A stretch of 63,431 nucleotides of DNA from Moniliella sp. 'wahieum' (taxonomy: Eukaryota): the NCBI GenBank assembly GCA_003971905.1, contig RSEE01000031.1:620001-683431 (forward strand), written 5' to 3'. The position numbers were made by a program, and so were the translations under genes. The notes below the pieces were generated by a model. It was not told the origin of the DNA. It saw nothing but the letters and a program-made list of their open reading frames with translations, and did no database searches. Positions 53,091-63,431 of this stretch are shown here, one piece after another; within the stretch, counting starts at the first letter, position 1; each line of letters opens with the position of its first letter.

Positions 53091-54613
53091 GGCGGTGGTG
53101 GCGGTGTGGACAGCAGCGGGGTGCGTGGGGACGGGTGGATGGCGGCGGGGAGGCAGCCTGGTACCGGAGCCTCTCCATCACCAGTCGCCCGTCGCTGCTT
53201 TGTGGTCGTGGGAAGAAAGGACCAGTGTGGACAAATCACACGTCACGCATCACGCGGCCCACAAGCCACGCGGGGGGCTACGCAGGGCTGAAATTCCCCG
53301 TCCCACCTGCTGGCCCATCGACAGTGAGTGGGCCACGCACTGACTCTCGCCAACCCCCTGTCCACGCCATCCACATCCCCCCTCCATGCCATCTTCGCCG
53401 TCGCTGAACGTTAATAAACGTTGAATGTGGATCTGGACCAGGGATCAATATCAATACCCCCCAAGAATGAGAACAAGACGGATGATCGTGGCCACCGCCA
53501 CGCCACCCTTCCACCACATCCAACCTCCTGTCTCTTTTGTGATGCGGTTGATATCTACTACTCCGCTCCCTTTGTTGTCTTGTGTGCGCGATCGATCGAC
53601 AAATCATATAGTCTCTGCTATAGTCACTTGGACCGCCCTACCCGGCGGGTCCTTAGGCTGTTGTAACACCTCTTAACCTTAGTGCTCGTTGATAACGTCA
53701 ACACGTTCAACGTTCAACGAAGCAAAGGGGGTTTCAGTCTATTTGCACTTTTTCCAAGCTCTATTGGAAAAATACGAGATTGAGGGAATGGCCTTGAAGC
53801 TTGAGCAACACTGGTTGCTGCGGGAGGTAGTGCTATATAGGGTTCACCGCAGGCCCTTAGATTGTTTGGAGCAGGATGAAGGATCGATGAAGCTCCTGGT
53901 GAAGCTCGCTTTTAGTCAGACGACTTCCGCTCGCATAGGCTGAGCATCCCCTGTGCTCGCCCCATCCCTCTTTTCTGTCTCCTGTCTCCTTCCCTTTAGA
54001 CGTTCAAGCTTCAATAGAGCTTAAAGCTTGACGGAAGGTTGCGGCTCACAGCGTTGCCTTCACGCCTTGTCCGAAGGCTGCGTTGCGGCTGATCCATACG
54101 ATCGCGAGTGCTCCCAAGTCCCACTCGATAGATCGTGTGGCTCACCAGCGATACCTTCACGTTGTCTGAACTTGAGGCGGCTTTGCAACGCTGATGCCGC
54201 AGAGTCCCCAGTGGTGCTCCGAGTCGCACTAGTGACTTGAGAGATTCGTGACTTGGCAAGTGACTGACAAGTGACGGTGACTGGTGACATGGACATCCCT
54301 GCTTCCAAGCAGTGAACAATACGAGGAACGCAGCTGCGGTGGCGACTGCTTCTGCATTATTTCACAGCCTCGCTTCTGGGCTGGTGCTGAGCTCAGCCTG
54401 CACGCTCTGGCCTTCCCTTACGTCACCGGCAGCATGCACAGCCTGTGCGGCAACACGCAAGCGCTAAGTGCGGGGGCTTGGCTTGGCAAATAATACTCTG
54501 ACCTGACAGCCTCTAAGGCCTGACTGGGTTGGGGCCGGAGAGGCCTGTAAGGCCTATGGCTCAGCCCTGACCGCCGACCTGCTCGTCGCCACCACCGCAT
54601 CCCTCACAACCGC

Positions 54614-55328
54614 ATGGGTCTCTTTTCCCACTCGAAGAAAAGCTCCGCCAGCGGGGCTCCGCCGCCTACCAGCAGCAGGCCTCACCGGCTCCCTCTGCGC
54701 CGTCGGCCACCCGGGAGAGGACAAGCGCCCTCTCCCGCCCGGGTGGACCAAGCAGTTCAACACGCAGTAAACCGTTGGTTCTACGTCGACACGCGTGCCC
54801 CCCTCCTCGCTCCATCTGGGTGCACCCACTGGACGAACAGGCGCAGCAGGGCGGTCAAGGTCAAACCTATGCGCCTCCTCCTGGCCCGCCACCCAGCCAC
54901 GGCGGACCTCAACGTCAGGCTCAGGGCTATGCGCCCCAAGGCTACGCACCGCAGGGCTATGCGCCGCAGGGGTACGCCCACCCGCAGCAGCAGTACCACT
55001 CAGCAGCCTGTGATTGTGCAAGCGCAGCCGCCCAGGCGCCACGGGCTGTTTGGAGGCGGAGGCGGAGGCGGAGGCGGCATGGGCCCGATGGGGGGCGCAG
55101 CGCTGGGTCTGGGCGGTGGGTTGCTCGGGGGTATGCTTTTGGAGAATGCACTGGGTACGTTGGCTGTTCCGTCTGGGTGGGATGCAGGATGCGGGGCACG
55201 CGACTGACTGACGAGGGCGGGCAGACGACCGGGAGGATGACGCGTACCAGCAAGGGTTTGACAATGGCCAGATGGACAACGGAGACTATGGGGGCGGCGA
55301 CATGGACTTTGGCGGGGGCGACTGGTAG
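54614..55328 (+). CDS. WW-domain protein with Gly/Gln/Pro-rich C-terminus (Wwm1-like); one intron near 55155-55223
   Basis: 'PLPPGWTKQF...RWFYVDT....SIWVHP', GYAPQ repeats, 'GLGGGLLGGMLLE', acidic GGDW end. Confidence 0.8.
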
Positions 55329-55925
55329 CAGGCGGCGTGAATGCACTGGACCTTGGGTTGGACGGAGGAAGGAATGGTGGGCGGGTGCGGAGCGAGGAGA
55401 GGCAGGAATGGGACGGGAGTGGGCAGCAGGTAGTGGGTAGTGGGTTCAACGAACGCTTACTAGTGCTCGTGAGTGCGCAGCCGGGCGCCAGCGGCGAGAG
55501 TTGCACCGATGTGAAGCGCGCGGTCAGGTGATCGGGGGTGCAGACACGGGCGGCGCGCGGGTGAGGCGGGGCACGGGGGCAGTGCTGGGGCGAGCGCAGG
55601 GGGCGGCGGCGAGCAGAGTCGGAGTGCCCAGACGAGTGCTGGGTTGTGCAGCGTGTTTAGCGCGCCTAATTAATAGACTGCCTTTGCTTGCGCTTCCTCC
55701 TCTGCCATCTGCATCCGACCGACCGGCCACGCCCCCCCGTCTGGAAGCAGCCGCCGGGCCCCCGCCGCACCCACCGCCCTCCCCATCGCCTCCACCACCA
55801 CCGCCACCGCGCCCCGCTCGACGTTCCTTGCCCACCACAGTCCCCGCCCCCTCCTCCCCCCCGGCCATGGCCGCAGCCGCCGCCACTAAGCGTACTGTGC
55901 ACCGATGAACACATCGCCGCCGCAG

Positions 55926-58900
55926 ATGCTTGCGCCGCCTGCTGCGCCCCATGCGCCCTCCACCCGCCTCGTACCCCACCCACCCGTCTCGATCGACGAC
56001 TTTGAGCTGGTGCGCGTGCTTGGAAAGGGCTGTGCGGGCAAGGTATGTCCCCTAACCCCGTCCCGGCAGCACCCAGCGGCCGCACCTGACGCCCGACTTG
56101 CTGACTTCTTTTTGCACCCAGGTCTTGCTCGTACGCCAACGGAAAACTAACGATGTTTTCGCTCTCAAGGCCATTCAGAAGGTCATTTCTTGCGCACAGG
56201 AACTGCACCATACCCTTACTGAGCAGGCTGTCTTAGCCCGCACCTCATCCGCCTCTTCCAGCGGAGACCCCGTGCCCGGGAACGGGCTTCCCTTCATTGT
56301 CAAGCTGTGGTACAGCTTCCACGATGCCCTCAACCTTTATCTTGTCATGGACTTTCACCCTGGGGGGTGACCTGGCTACCCAGCTGCTCGTTGGGGCCGT
56401 CTTGGCACTGATCGAGCTCGCTTCTACGCTGCTGAGATTGCAGAAGGGTCGAGGCCCTGCATGGAGCTGGCATCATATACCGCGATCTCAAGCCAGAGAA
56501 TGTGTTAATTGGCCAAGACGGCCATATTGTCTTGTCCGACTTTGGCCTGTCGAAAGAATTCCCTCGTGCTGGAGTGGAGGTTCGATCGCCCCACTGGTTG
56601 CTGCCTTCTGATACCAGTTCCAAGAGTCTGCAGGAGGAGAACAACAAGCTTCCCAAGGACAATTCGGCCGAGATGACGTCCACCTTCTGTGGCACAGCCG
56701 AGTACCTTGCCCCCGAGGTCATCTCCGGCCAGGCGTACAGTTACCAAGTGGATTGGGAGTTTTGGAACAATGCTGTATGAAATGCTGGCTGGGTACACTC
56801 CCTTGCTGGGGAGAGCCACACTGAGATGTATGTGCGTGTGTTGCGGGAACCTCTCTCGTTCCCTGAGCCCACGTCGAGGGGGTACGACCCTACAGCGTGG
56901 GACAGGATACCCGCGGCTCCTTCGTGGCTTGCTGCAAAAGGACCCTGGCTTGCGCCTACAGGAGCCAGACTGAAACGTCATCCGTACTTTGGCATGATTG
57001 AAGACCACATTCACTACCGCCGGTACATCCCTCCTATGTCCCACACACGGATCCTTGCAATCAAGAGGACACGCGCAACTTTGACGAGTCTTTCCTTGGG
57101 CTCCGTCCCAACTTGGACTTTGACGAAGGCGAATCGGATGATCCGGACACCGACGAAGTCTCTGGTGAAACCCCCCAATCTCGCGCCCGCCGTCGGAGGG
57201 AAAAGGACGAAGCGACTGCGGAAAGGAGCGTGTCCGTCTGTTGGACAAGTACCGACAAGCGGTTGCCGCACAGGGGACAACCCAGAGGAGGTTAGCAGCT
57301 ATTTGAAGGGTACAACTTCACTGCCTGCCCGGATTCAGAACCTGGGTCAGACTTCCTTTCGGACGAGTATCCGGGCCGGATGCACATGGCGCGATGGACT
57401 TGGATGAGGAAGACCAGGAACACGTGCTCCCGCCAGGCCACTCTGATGAAGATGCACGCATGTCGGATGCGGGCATGGCCCGAGAACAGAGCGCATGGGA
57501 TACCGCAGAAAGCATGGATCTTTCCCCTCGATTCCCTCGAGCAAGTTGGGAGAAGAGATCTGTCGCAAGGCTCGAACGCTGAACCACCACACCCAAGTCA
57601 CAGTCATCGCTATCGTTCCCTCTGCCCCGCGCTCGTGGGGTTGCCCACGGTGCAAGAGCCCACACACGACCCTCGTGGTACTTCTCATTCCCGGGAACGA
57701 AGGAGCAGGAGCATACCCAAACCAGCATATGCCCCAGGAAGCGTGAAGCACGCCTTGCTGCTTTCGAGGCCGCTCAAAACCGCTCGTTGCAGTCGCATGC
57801 ACCGTTGCCTCGTGGTCCGCTCCATGGGAGGTCCAGTATGTACGGCTCGTCCTCAAACACCTCCATCTCCCTCCTACAGGAGGAAAAGCAAAGCACCGCC
57901 CGTCCTACTCCGCGGGCCACCACACCGGCTACTGCGACACCAGCCGTGCCCGAGACTAGCCCGTCGCTGTCCAGTGGGGTGGTCGCTACCGACTTTGCTA
58001 CAGCTTCGGTCCGGGATCATGGACCGGTCGACGCTTACCCATCCTCGTCCCTTACGCGCTCCACAGCTTCGGCTCTGATTGACAGAGAACAGAGTCATGC
58101 GGCAACGAGCGGGATGGCCTCAATTGCAGAACCCCTGCCATCGGCACCGTCTGGCCTCCCATGCCCACGCCCCCCGGCGTCCCATCCCTCGCCTCAGGTA
58201 TGCTCGACCCCTACTTCTGCTGGACCAGGTTCGTCTGGTGTGGCTCTTGCCGCTCCCGAACCATCCACCATTCAGCAACTCGTCCCGCCTTCCAAACGCT
58301 CAACGGCTGATGTCCCGAGCATTGCATCAGAGCGTATGGATGATGGGGAGCCATCACTCGCGCGCCGCCCATGGTCAGCGCGATTGAGGACGAGGCCCCC
58401 ACCGCCCCCCCCCGCCGTAGACACCACCATTCCCGCCCCAGTCTTGGATACCACGCCGTCTTACCCACCAAGCAGCCTTGAAAGGCATGCATCGACCATC
58501 GTCTCCTCCCAAAGTCGTCACAAACCCAATGCGCCCTCGGTCTCCTCGTCGCTCGCTACCCCGTTTGGGTTCCCGCCCCGGCTGGGACGACAGTCAAGAT
58601 TGTGGAATCCTCTCGCCAGTCCTCTGGCGGACCTGAGCAAGTCTCGCTTCCTCGCCGACCTCGCCTGTGCCGGCTTATGTACCGCTCGTCCACACTCCGC
58701 CCAGAGTCCGCGCCCCGTCCCATCCCTGTCGGTCAGGTGGTCCCTTGCCGAGGCCGCCGAGTTTGAAGAGTACCAAGCGTCAGCGCTGTTGGCTTATGCA
58801 GTACTGGAGGAGCTGGACCGCCAAGCCAATGCATCGGAAACCAGCCCAACCACCTCGGTGCCTGTGGCAGTCGATCCGCTGCTACTTCTGCTTCCGTCCC

Positions 58901-60570
58901 CCCCACTTCTGCGCCAGCCATTGGACCCGACCTAGTCGGAACGGGATTGGACTCGTCAGCCAGCTTCTCGGGATGGACAAACGACCCCTTGATCTCGGAC
59001 GTGGGTAACACGACTGCTACAACGGGAAATACAACGGCGATCACTACCTCCTCGCATGTGCCCCATCATCCCTCTCATCCCGGCCACAAGCCCCACGAGC
59101 AAACCCCCTCCTACGCTTTCTACTTCCGGTTCGATCAAGCGTGCCTTCACTTTCCGCTGGCGTCCATCCTCGGGTCGGCACTCGCAGCAGGGGTCTATCT
59201 CTGAGGCAGGCCCCGTGGCGCCCACGGCACCACTGCATCCGCCAGCTCGCCCATTGCTCCCACCACCCCGCTCATGCCCGACTCTGCTTCTCCCTCGACG
59301 CCTCCCCCTGCCGCCGAGGTGCCCCGGCTTTCCCTGCCTCCGATGTGGAGGAGGCACAGATACCCGAGTCCACGACTCTTCCCCCGTTCCAACCGGGACG
59401 GTTGGGGCGCAGCGTGTCGGCGCGCAAACCGACGGACATTGTTTCTCTTGCCGCTGCCGCCGCGCAAGCGAGTCTGGACAACCCGAATGTGGTGCCAAGT
59501 GCTACCTTTTCTCCGTCCCGCCGAGGCTCCCGCTCTCTTCACACCTCCATCCATTCCTCGCACCATAGTGCTCATCCTTCCTTCCCCCTTGGACGAGGAC
59601 GACGACTGGGACTTGTTGGACGATGTGGATGCGGATCTTTTGGCCGAAGGCGAGGGGAGAAAAACGGCGGTGGACGCCTGTCCACCTTGCCGCCGCGCGT
59701 GTACAGTTCGACGCCCGCCGTCTGCGCAAATCCAGGCAAGCGCTGTATGCTGCCCACATTCGCGTTGTCAAACGGCCAAGAGACCCCGACATACCGGTTG
59801 CGCAAATCGGAACCAGCTGTGGTCCCGCCGCGATTCAGGAGGAGGAGGAAGAGGGCGAGGCAGGGCATGGGGTTTGACCTCCACGGCCTCGGCCCCGGCC
59901 CCGGCCGGCCGCGGAAGCAGGTAAGGAGGCCCCCTCTGGTCCTACCCCAAACGACCAAACGTCGTCCGCCCCGTCCAGCACCACAGCTGCCACCGGCCCC
60001 GAGACGGCCACCCCCGCCGCCCCCCACACCGGGCCCCGGTACGAAGCAAGCGTCTCCGTCCACCGCACCTTCCGCACGGCGTGACAAGTCGGGTCGCAAG
60101 CGTGCGTTGTACCGGTTTGGGAATGATCTCGCCTGCCTCGTTGGCCACCGTTTCTCTTCTCGTCTCGTCATGACAAGGCGATGGATAAGATTCCGGACAA
60201 GAAACAGGACAAGGACAAGAACAAGAACAAGGACAAGGAGCAAGATGAAGAAGGCGATACCAGGATGGATCCCGATCCCGTTCGTGCTTCCCAACCTTCC
60301 TCCTCCCCGCCGCACCGTCGCCCGGGCCGGACCGCGGCTCGCTCCGGCGGCGCCGCGGGGCAAAAAGATCCGCCGCTTTTCTCTGTGGTGTGTACCCCAG
60401 CACGTTGTCGGGACCCGCAACTCGCCTGTGACATGCGACCCAGGTTCCGTGCCCCCTTAACCACTAACCTCCTCCACTCCGACTCGCCCCCCCTTGGATC
60501 CGTCCCCCTTGGATTCCTACTGGCCCTCACGTGCTAGCCAATATCCGATTGGCACCGTTTCCAACTTGAC
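55926..60570 (+). CDS. AGC-family Ser/Thr kinase (Akt/Ypk-like) with N-terminal kinase domain and very long low-complexity tail; intron 56044-56121; frameshifts
   Basis: '[23 protein letters not shown]', 'FALKAI', '[10 protein letters not shown]', 'IYRDLKPEN', 'LSDFGLSK', '[13 protein letters not shown]', 'NFDESF', 'FEGY'. 3' end approximate. Confidence 0.85.
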
Positions 60571-60599
60571 TTGCTCCCGCCCACTCCGCCTGCCCGCCC

Positions 60600-60683
60600 T
60601 TACCCTTCACATTACCCTTCGCTTTACCCTTCGCTTTACCCTTCGCTTTACCCTCGCTTTAACCCTCCGCTTTACCCTTCCGC
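60600..60683. repeat. 12-bp tandem repeat (TTTACCCTTCGC)n, about 7 copies
   Basis: tacccttcac attacccttcgc tttacccttcgc tttacccttcgc tttaccctcgc tttaaccctccgc tttacccttccgc. Confidence 0.88.
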
Positions 60684-60696
60684 CTCCCGCGCTTGA

Positions 60697-60825
60697 TTTC
60701 CTTCTTCTTCTTCTTCTCTTTTCTTCTTCTTCTTCTCTTCTTCTTCTCTTCTTCTTCTTCTTCTTTTTCTTCTTCTTCTCTTCTTCTTCTTTCTTCTTTC
60801 TTCTTCTTTCCCGCTCTTCTTCTTT
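60697..60825. repeat. (TTC)n / polypyrimidine microsatellite
   Basis: About 125 nt that are almost purely C/T, dominated by TTC. Confidence 0.92.
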
Positions 60826-61884
60826 GGCTTGTGCTTCCCCACTGTCTCGGGCCCTGCCTCGGCCAGACCCCACATTCGTTTTCCGTATACCCGCTTTTTC
60901 CCATCTTGGACTCTCCCGACCCCACGCCTTGTGCGGGTGCAGCCGCGCCCCGCTCCGCGCCGCGGCCTGCGCCTGCCAAGCCTGGCACCCCACTCGTTTT
61001 TGACCGCACCCCTTCGTTGCCTGGGAGGCTGGCTGGGAAGCGTCAAGCTGCGCCCATCCCACTGCTCTTGCTGTCGGCTGTCGGCTGTCGGTTGTCGGTT
61101 GTCGCTGTTTGGCTGTCTGCCCTTCCTTCCTCCTTCCGCCTTGTCCTCACCCTAGTGGCTGGTCCCTTTTTTATTCTCGCTTCTTGTGCGGCGTCGTCTT
61201 CGTCTTCGTCTTTGTCCTTGTGATTCCATCTCGTTCGTGTGGCGTGTGGCGTGTGGCGTGTGGCGGTGGTGGGGCACGGAGGGTTGCCTGATGGATCAGC
61301 TGGGAAGGGAGAGAGTGGTGTGTGTCCATAGTCTCTCTCTCGTGAGGCTGCTCGTGCAATTTAATGCGCCCCGCTGAGGCGGGGTGCGCGCGCGAGACGA
61401 AATGCGCCGGAGAAAGACGAAATGCGGGGCAGTAGCGGGGTTGAACGTACGTTGAACATTGACCGTTGATGCATGATGGGTGAAGCGATGGATGATGGAT
61501 GACGGATACGATGACGTTCATATGTGACACGTGACACGTGGCACGTGACAGTCACTCTCATCGATCGACGTCATCACTCATCGATCAACGAGCATCCCAG
61601 ACGCGGCTGCTGCGGTGCCGCGCTGGCCTTGCAGCGTGAAGGCGTAGGCGCTTACGGACGACGCAGGGCCCAAGGCGCAAGCACAAGGCGGGTATTTTTG
61701 GGGCGGGCGGGAGGGCCAGGCAAGGACAGTGCGCGCAGAAGCGCCGCCTCCCCACACCTCCCCGACCAGGCCTCTCCCACCAGCCCACGCCAGCCGCACC
61801 GCACGCGCCGCCCACGCATCGCCCTTTATACCGCTCTCCACCAGCCCCCCGGGCGCCCACCCACCCCCACCCCCACCTGCGCCC

Positions 61885-63431
61885 ATGCCACCCCCCTCCA
61901 CACGCACCCCCCCAAGCAGCCCCTTCCTCTCCGCGCCCAGGACCCCTGGGCTGCCTGCTGCCCCCCGAGCTGTCCGACATCATTGCCGCGAACGCCGCCG
62001 CATCGATGCGCTCCAAACCGACTTGGAGCAGCATGTCGCCCAGCCGGATCGCCCTCGCTCCCAGTCAATAAGCACCCACCGCTCTGCCCGTCCTCTTCCC
62101 CCCGATCCGGCCCCACAGCTACTCTGCCAGTTACTCGAGCAGCGAGAGCGACTATGAGTCCATCGTCGCCGCCGACCCAGACGCGCAACTGCGTCTGCTG
62201 CAGACGCGCTTGGCGCATGCACAGCTCGAGCGCGGGTCCGTGTCTGCCACACCGCGCAAGATTGACACGCCGCGGGACATGGCACTGGACATGAGGCACG
62301 CAACAAGGCGTGACGGAAAGCGAGATCATTTTGACTCCCGAGCAACGGCATTACCTCGTTCGTGCCCTGGTCAACATTCAGATGGCCGACGAAAGTGAGC
62401 AGATGTTCAAGGTGGGTGCCTTGACACGGTACGGGCCTCCCTTCAGTTCCTCGCCGCCCCCGAGATGCGCACCCTGCGCAACGAACTCGACAATGAGTAT
62501 ACCCGTGCTGGCCCGGCCAACCAGGATTCAGCCAAGACCCTTCTCCCGAGCCAAAGTGACTTGGTGGAGCACACGGAGCGCATTCAAGATCCCATCCGTT
62601 TGAACAGATGATGCACACCAGTCTGCTCACCATTCCCTTCCTGTGCGACCTGCCCGACCATTTCTGGCACTCGCGGGTGCAACCGTTTCTGGACGAGGTC
62701 GCGGTTCGCAGCTTGTCTTCTCCCTCGAGGAGCCCAGATGCCCCCCATTCGGTACATCCTCCTTCTCTTGTTGGCCTTGTCGGGCCACTACTTTGCACGT
62801 GGTGTGGGAGTACGCGGGAAGGGGGAGCTGGCAGCCCCGGCCGAGGACCTCCTGCATCTGAAGCATGGGGATGGGAAAAGCGTGGGGGTGGGAACGGTCA
62901 AGCGTGGCTTGGACCGACCGGCTCGGATCGACAACCAAATGCAAGAAACAATCAACAATTTGTTCCTCCCTGGTTCGGATCTCAACGTGAAGGCAGCCGG
63001 GAGAGGCAAGAACGGATCTACCACCAGTGGAAGCGGGCCGGGCAGCACGTTCGTCAAATCAACGCGGACTTTCATGCGTTTTGGGAGCGCATCATTGAAC
63101 AGCCAGCCGGGCTGAGGGATACGTGGCGCTACAGCAGCATTCCTACCATCTTTGAGCTTCCGCCCGGTTCCAGAGCGTAGCCGAGTTTCTCCGGGATACA
63201 ACGGCTGGATGGTTGCGCAAGCTGCTGACTCAGGGTCCTCATGCTGATTCCATCTTCCGCTTGATCAAAGGCGTCAATACGCTCTTCCCTTGGTGGGCAG
63301 CCAAACAAACGCTCAAGGTAGCGAATGCGCGCGTGATTATCCAAGGCTTTCCTCACCTCATCCTTCTCGCCCGGCCGGGGGGAGCCAAAAGTCTGATTCA
63401 GCGCATCGTTGGTACGTCTTTCATCGCGAGA
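61885..63431 (+). CDS. PXB/PX-associated domain protein (YPR097W/Lec1-like), truncated by the window end
   Basis: 'EIILTPEQRHYLVRALV' resembles the PXB N-terminal motif, followed by 'GALTRYGPPF' and 'PFL....FW..RVQPFLD'; TATA-like TTTATA at ~61825. Confidence 0.6.

Noticed and set aside
60494..61223. Lys/Glu/Arg-rich and Phe/Ser/Leu-rich ORFs
   Set aside because: Translation artefacts of the (TTC)n tract and the 12-mer repeat.

Overview
Eukaryotic, GC-rich, intron-poor fungal genomic DNA, probably a basidiomycete (possibly Ustilaginomycotina; inferred from gene content and short GT..CTRAC..YAG introns). Recognisable genes: a very long Rim15/Cek1-type PAS-kinase-receiver protein, carnitine O-acetyltransferase, Mep/Amt ammonium transporter, enolase, mitochondrial aconitase, a CMC/EnSpm-like transposase-derived ORF, a divergent velvet-domain protein, pyruvate decarboxylase, an FGGY sugar kinase, GrpE/Mge1, a Ste20-like PAK kinase, a WW-domain protein, an AGC kinase and a PXB/PX-associated protein running off the window. 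Almost every gene has several 1-nt frameshifts, best explained as unpolished assembly errors, so many gene ends are approximate. The most unusual signal is non-coding: most intergenic regions carry 7-bp-periodic arrays of TCA-N4 or TGA-N4 in which N4 is usually a palindromic tetramer (TGCA, TCGA, AGCT, CGCG, GCGC, GGCC, ACGT, CTAG, CCGG, GTAC). There is also a multi-intron locus with no evident ORF upstream of aconitase.
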